This document shows, piece after piece, positions 59,991 to 64,000 of a stretch of DNA of 64,000 bases. The stretch comes from Nitrosopumilaceae archaeon (GTDB lineage: Archaea > Thermoproteota > Nitrososphaeria > Nitrososphaerales > Nitrosopumilaceae). Each line of letters begins with the position of its first letter. Within the stretch, counting starts at the first letter, position 1. The translations under genes and the position numbers were made by a program. Under the pieces are notes generated by a model that saw nothing but the letters and a program-made list of their open reading frames with translations, did not search any database and was not told the DNA's origin. The stretch is from NCBI GenBank assembly GCA_965203465.1, contig CBDBCR010000001.1:192001-256000 (forward strand). Direction: 5' to 3'.

Positions 59991-60413
59991 TCAGTCGTAA
60001 AACAACACGGTGTCCAGGACCGACTTGCCGTTATCGTTGTCGGCGCTCACCGTTCCGTCCCCGAGCAGCTGCCACCTGTACTCTATCCTCTCCGGCCCCG
60101 CCTCGAACGCCAGCGAGACCAGCTCGCCGGACACGTCGGCGCTCACCGAGGCGTCCCCGTACACGTCGTCCCCGAACCTGTCGGTCAGCTTTGAATCGAG
60201 CGCCTCGAGTATGCTCAGGCCACCGCCGTCGGGCCCCGAGTACCGCATCACCGCCTCGAGCGCCTCCCCGTCGCTGCCCTCCAGCTCCGGGATCAAGTCC
60301 TCCAGGTCTTCCTCCAGGATGCCGGGCAGCGCGAGCACTAGGAACACGCCGGTCAGGGCCGCGTACACGGGCGCGCGCTTTCTCAAGAACCCCTGGCTCT
60401 TCCAAGCTCCCAC
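59991..60413 (-). CDS. membrane-anchored acidic hypothetical protein
   Basis: N-terminal TM; ends KSVLDTVLFYD. Confidence 0.7.
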   Translation of the reverse strand: MGAWKSQGFLRKRAPVYAALTGVFLVLALPGILEEDLEDLIPELEGSDGEALEAVMRYSGPDGGGLSILEALDSKLTDRFGDDVYGDASVSADVSGELVSLAFEAGPERIEYRWQLLGDGTVSADNDNGKSVLDTVLFYD

Positions 60414-60435
60414 GGCCGGCTGCCGGGCGCGGGCG

Positions 60436-61263
60436 TTAAAGCCCTTTGGACGCGCGCGCCGAGCCCACCAGCACCTGCCAGGGGAACGTGATGCGCCCGC
60501 CCCTGCCCGCGTACCTTGCCGCGTTCTCCCTGGCCTGCCGCTTCAGCCCGGCCATCTCGGAGCGGCTCAGCTTTGCCAGCATCGAGCGCACGCGCTCCGA
60601 GGCGTACCTGCGGTAGGAAGACCAGTACTGCTCGAAAGTGCCTGGGCTGTAGCTGAACCGGAACTCGCGCACGCGCACCGACGACAGGCCGGCCCCGCGC
60701 AGCTCCGAGGCCAGCGCCGGGCGCGAGCCGAACCTGTCCAGGCGCGGCGAGCCGGCCGGCAGGTACCCGGGCACGTACCTTTCCACCGCGTCGAGTATGC
60801 TCGTGTAGTAGGGCGTGTCGTTGCCGTGCACCGTCACCGTTATCCTGCCGCCTTTTCTGAGGCAGGCGGACATCTGGCGTAGCGCCCCGCGCGCGTCGGG
60901 GAAGAAAAACAGAGCGTACTGGCAGACGGCCGCGTCGAACACGCGCGCCGAGCCCAGCCGCTCTGCGTCCATGCACGCAAAGGCGCAGCCCGGCGCCGCC
61001 CCGCGCGCTATGCGCAGCGCCGCGCGCGAGGCGTCCACGCCTAGCACGAACCCCGACGGGCCCGCGGCCCTTGCCAGCGCGGCCGAGGACATGCCGGTGC
61101 CGCACGCCACGTCGAGCACCGAATCGCCCCTCTCTATCCGCGCGCACTCTACGGTGGCCGCCGTGGCGCCTCCCCACGGACCGCGCCTGTCGGACGACCA
61201 CCGCCGGTGGTACCTGGCGGCCATCTCGTCCCACGTGCGCGCGCACAGGGCCTTGTAGGACAC
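60436..61263 (-). CDS. class I SAM-dependent methyltransferase (UbiE-like)
   Basis: VLDVACGTG, LGVDAS, MDAE, FDAAVCQYALFFF, LRKGG. Confidence 0.92.
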   Translation of the reverse strand: MSYKALCARTWDEMAARYHRRWSSDRRGPWGGATAATVECARIERGDSVLDVACGTGMSSAALARAAGPSGFVLGVDASRAALRIARGAAPGCAFACMDAERLGSARVFDAAVCQYALFFFPDARGALRQMSACLRKGGRITVTVHGNDTPYYTSILDAVERYVPGYLPAGSPRLDRFGSRPALASELRGAGLSSVRVREFRFSYSPGTFEQYWSSYRRYASERVRSMLAKLSRSEMAGLKRQARENAARYAGRGGRITFPWQVLVGSARASKGL

Positions 61264-62474
61264 TAGATCCGGTCCCCGATCTCGCGCGCTATCACCTTTG
61301 CGATCTGAGCCTTTGTCCTGCGGCCCGTCCTCCTGGAGCCCGACGGCCAGACCAGCAGCGCCTCGCTCGACTCGCCCGAGACCCGCGAGACGTCGTTTGC
61401 CACCATCATGTCTGCCCCCGAGGCGCGCATCTTTTTCCTGGCGCGCCGCTCCAGCTCCGAGGCCGACACGCCCGACTCTGCCTTGAACCCGACCAGGAAC
61501 GCGCCGGGCTTTTTCCTCTTTACGGAATCTATTATCTTGGGCGTGGCCCGCATCCGCACCGACACCTCTTTCCTGCCGCTCTGAATCTTTGAGCGCCGCG
61601 GCGCCGGGGCATAGTCCGAGACCGCCGCTGCCATGACCACGATGTCGCACTTTTTGCGCAGCTCCGAGGATACCGCCGCGGCCATCTCGGAGGCGGACAC
61701 CACGCGCCTCACGCGCACGCCTGCCGGCGGCGCCGCCGAGCCGGGGCCGTACACCATCGATACGGACGCGCCCGCCTCCGAGAGGGCCCCTGCCAGCAGC
61801 GCGCCGGTCCTGCCGCTGCTGCGGCTCACCACCGACCTCACGGGGTCTATTTTTTCCGAGGTGGGCCCGGCGACCACCAGGGCCTTTTTGCCGCGCAGGA
61901 ACCGCGGCGGGCAGAGCGCGTCCATCACGCGCCCGAGCACCTGTTCGGGCTCGGCCGCGCGCGCCTTGCCCTCGCGCGCGACCGGCCCCACCACGAGGGC
62001 CCTGGCCTTGAGGAACTCCACGTTGCGCCTCACGGCCGGGTTGCCGTACATTGCAGAGTGCATCGCCGGCGCGAGCAGTATCGGGATGCCTGCACCAAAC
62101 CCGACCGTCAGTACCGACGAGACGGGCGCATCGTCCATGCCGTTGGCAAGGCGCCCGAGCGTGTTGGCCGTCGCAGGATACACCACTATCATGTCCGACT
62201 TGCCGTAGTCTGCCAGCTCCACGTGCTCCATCTTGCCTGTCAGCTTTGTGACCACCGGATTCCCGGTGGCCCACCTCAGGTAGGCGGGGCGCAGCAGGCG
62301 GCCGGCGGCCGGGCTTGCCACGCACCGCACGTTGGCGCCGCGGCGTATCATCAGCCGCGCCAGCTCTATTGCCTTGTAGGCGGCCACGCTACCGGAGACG
62401 CACAGCACTATTTTCTTGCCGGCAAGCTCCGAGCCGTCGCTGCCGGCTATCTCGCGCGATCCCGCATCCTTCAA
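61263..62474 (-). CDS. coaBC: phosphopantothenoylcysteine decarboxylase/synthetase
   Basis: SGSVAAYK, PATANTL, APAMH, GPTSEKIDPVR, AAAVSDY, VGFKAE. Confidence 0.96.
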   Translation of the reverse strand: MKDAGSREIAGSDGSELAGKKIVLCVSGSVAAYKAIELARLMIRRGANVRCVASPAAGRLLRPAYLRWATGNPVVTKLTGKMEHVELADYGKSDMIVVYPATANTLGRLANGMDDAPVSSVLTVGFGAGIPILLAPAMHSAMYGNPAVRRNVEFLKARALVVGPVAREGKARAAEPEQVLGRVMDALCPPRFLRGKKALVVAGPTSEKIDPVRSVVSRSSGRTGALLAGALSEAGASVSMVYGPGSAAPPAGVRVRRVVSASEMAAAVSSELRKKCDIVVMAAAVSDYAPAPRRSKIQSGRKEVSVRMRATPKIIDSVKRKKPGAFLVGFKAESGVSASELERRARKKMRASGADMMVANDVSRVSGESSEALLVWPSGSRRTGRRTKAQIAKVIAREIGDRI

Positions 62475-63262
62475 GGCATATCAGTCCAGTTTTCCGGCGC
62501 CGGGAACCGGCCGGCGCGCACGTCATCGGCGTATCTTTTGACCGCGTCGGTGACGGCCCCGCCAAGCTCGGCGTACCTCCTTACGAACCTCGGCCGGATC
62601 CTCTCGTACATGCCGAGCATGTCCTGGAGCACCAGCACCTGCCCGTCGCAGTCGGGCCCCGAGCCTATCCCTATCGTGGGCACCGGGACCGCGCGCGTGA
62701 TCTGCCCGGCAGCCTCCCTGCCGACCATCTCGAGCGTCACGGCAAAGGCGCCCGCCTCTGCCAGCGCCTTGGCGTCCTCGGACATGGCCCGCGCGGCCTC
62801 GGCCCCGCCGCGCACCGCGTACCCCTCGCCCAGGCCCGCGGTCTGCGGCAGCACCCCCAGGTGGCCCATCACCGGTATGCCCACCCCCGTGATGGCAGAG
62901 ACGGTCCCCGGCATGGCGCCCTCGAGTTTCACCGCGTCGGCCCCGGCGCGCACCAGCCTGCCGGCGTTGGATACCGCCTGCGAGGCGTCGGCCTGGTAGG
63001 ACATGAACGGCATGTCGGCCACCAAGAGGGCCTCGCGGCGGGCCCGCGCGACCGAGCCGGCAAACAGGCACATGTCGTCCATGGTGACCGGCACCGTGCT
63101 CTTGTGGCCCATCATCACCATGCCGGCGCTGTCGCCGACCAGCACGATGTCGACGCCGGCCCCCTCGCACAGCGCGGCCATCGTATAGTCGTAGGCGGTC
63201 ACCATGGCTATCTTTTGCCTGCCCTTCATGCCGGCTATCTCGCCGACGGTCCTGCGGCTCAC
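62471..63262 (-). CDS. panB: ketopantoate hydroxymethyltransferase
   Basis: MVTAYDY, LVGDSAGM, ADMPFMSY, VKLEG, IGIGSGPDCDGQVLV. Confidence 0.97.
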   Translation of the reverse strand: MSRRTVGEIAGMKGRQKIAMVTAYDYTMAALCEGAGVDIVLVGDSAGMVMMGHKSTVPVTMDDMCLFAGSVARARREALLVADMPFMSYQADASQAVSNAGRLVRAGADAVKLEGAMPGTVSAITGVGIPVMGHLGVLPQTAGLGEGYAVRGGAEAARAMSEDAKALAEAGAFAVTLEMVGREAAGQITRAVPVPTIGIGSGPDCDGQVLVLQDMLGMYERIRPRFVRRYAELGGAVTDAVKRYADDVRAGRFPAPENWTDMP

Positions 63263-63999
63263 GCCCCGGCCCTCGCCAGCTTGGCGCACTCGCGCAGGCA
63301 TTCTCCGTTGTCGAACCCTGTCTGGCGCCCCCCCTTTCTGGCGTACGCGGCGAGCAGCGGCACGGCGCGCACCACGTTGTCCACCACCGTTATCGAGGCG
63401 CGGCGCGCGGTCCTAGAGAACGGGTTCAGATCGACTGCCACCACCTTTTTGCCGGCCCCGACCAGCGCCTCGGCCCGGTCGCCGTCCTCCAAGGCCACGA
63501 GCACCGCGTCGGCCTCGTGGACTGCCGTATCCGCGGCCCCGCGCGGGCCCGCGAGGCCGGGCACGCGGTGCCTCCTGCGGCCCGCGCCGTAGACGCGCCC
63601 CGCGCCGAAGCCCTCCAGGTGCTCTGCTATCAGGGCGCGCCGGCCGGCCGGCCCGTAAAAGACGTTGACCTCTATCCTGGCCCCGACCGCGCGCGCGAGT
63701 TTTACCGTTTCGGCGGGGCACAGCGCCGCCATGTTCCCGTTGACCGAGATGGCCGGCTTTTCGGCCGCCAACAGGGCCTGCGCGCCTGCCCGCGCGGCCC
63801 TTTTGGCCGGCGCCGGGCTCTTTTCGCCGAGCATGTAGTCGAACGCCTCGCCCCTGCCGTGGGCGATCAGGCCCTCGGGGGCCACGAGGCCGGCGGCGTG
63901 GCCCGCCGACAGGCGGGCGCGCACGCGCAGCGATTCGGCGCGCGGGTGCGAGGGGCGTATCCCGGACAGGTGCCTCTTCAGCTCGCGCTCCCACGCGGC
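63259..63999 (-). CDS. archaeal phosphopantothenate synthetase; 5' end not in the window
   Basis: SHPRAESL, GLIAHGRGEAFDYMLGE, ISVNGN, LEDGDR, DLNPFSRT, VDNVVRA. Confidence 0.93.
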   Translation of the reverse strand, partial: AAWERELKRHLSGIRPSHPRAESLRVRARLSAGHAAGLVAPEGLIAHGRGEAFDYMLGEKSPAPAKRAARAGAQALLAAEKPAISVNGNMAALCPAETVKLARAVGARIEVNVFYGPAGRRALIAEHLEGFGAGRVYGAGRRRHRVPGLAGPRGAADTAVHEADAVLVALEDGDRAEALVGAGKKVVAVDLNPFSRTARRASITVVDNVVRAVPLLAAYARKGGRQTGFDNGECLRECAKLARAGA

Positions 64000-64000
64000 C

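Noticed and set aside
60436-62325. 629-aa methyltransferase fusion
   Set aside because: The upstream part is an alternative frame of coaBC; the real gene starts at the GTG at 61263.

Overview
GC-rich archaeal chromosome segment, almost certainly from an ammonia-oxidising archaeon (Nitrososphaerota/Nitrosopumilaceae, Cenarchaeum-like). This rests on Alba, EgsA, proteasome beta, aCPSF1, SepF, a PEFG-CTERM protein, the archaeal PPS-panB-coaBC cluster and typical thaumarchaeal small Cys-rich proteins. Most of the window is housekeeping (tmk, ilvE, aspartate kinase, copA, argH, sdhACDB, bluB, rtcA, nadM, psmB, coaBC) with three tRNAs: Val-TAC, Ala-GGC and Val-GAC. The main accessory region is an apparent ~13 kb integrative element starting right after tRNA-Ala. 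It carries a tyrosine integrase, a perfect 170-bp x 3.7 non-coding tandem array built from about seven back-to-back hairpins per unit, a multi-zinc-ribbon protein, an actin/ParM-like ATPase, a VirD4/VirB4/HerA-like ATPase, an intact IS5-family element, a secreted protein and an Mrr nuclease. Other oddities are a metallophosphoesterase-HhH-RNase H-like fusion, a TPR-PIN protein split by a 7-bp duplication, a decayed DUF2075/Schlafen-like helicase, an SF2 helicase with an inserted PKD domain, and a candidate ~100-nt structured RNA. Several single-base frameshifts at homopolymers look like sequencing errors. All calls come from motif recognition by eye; no searches were run.
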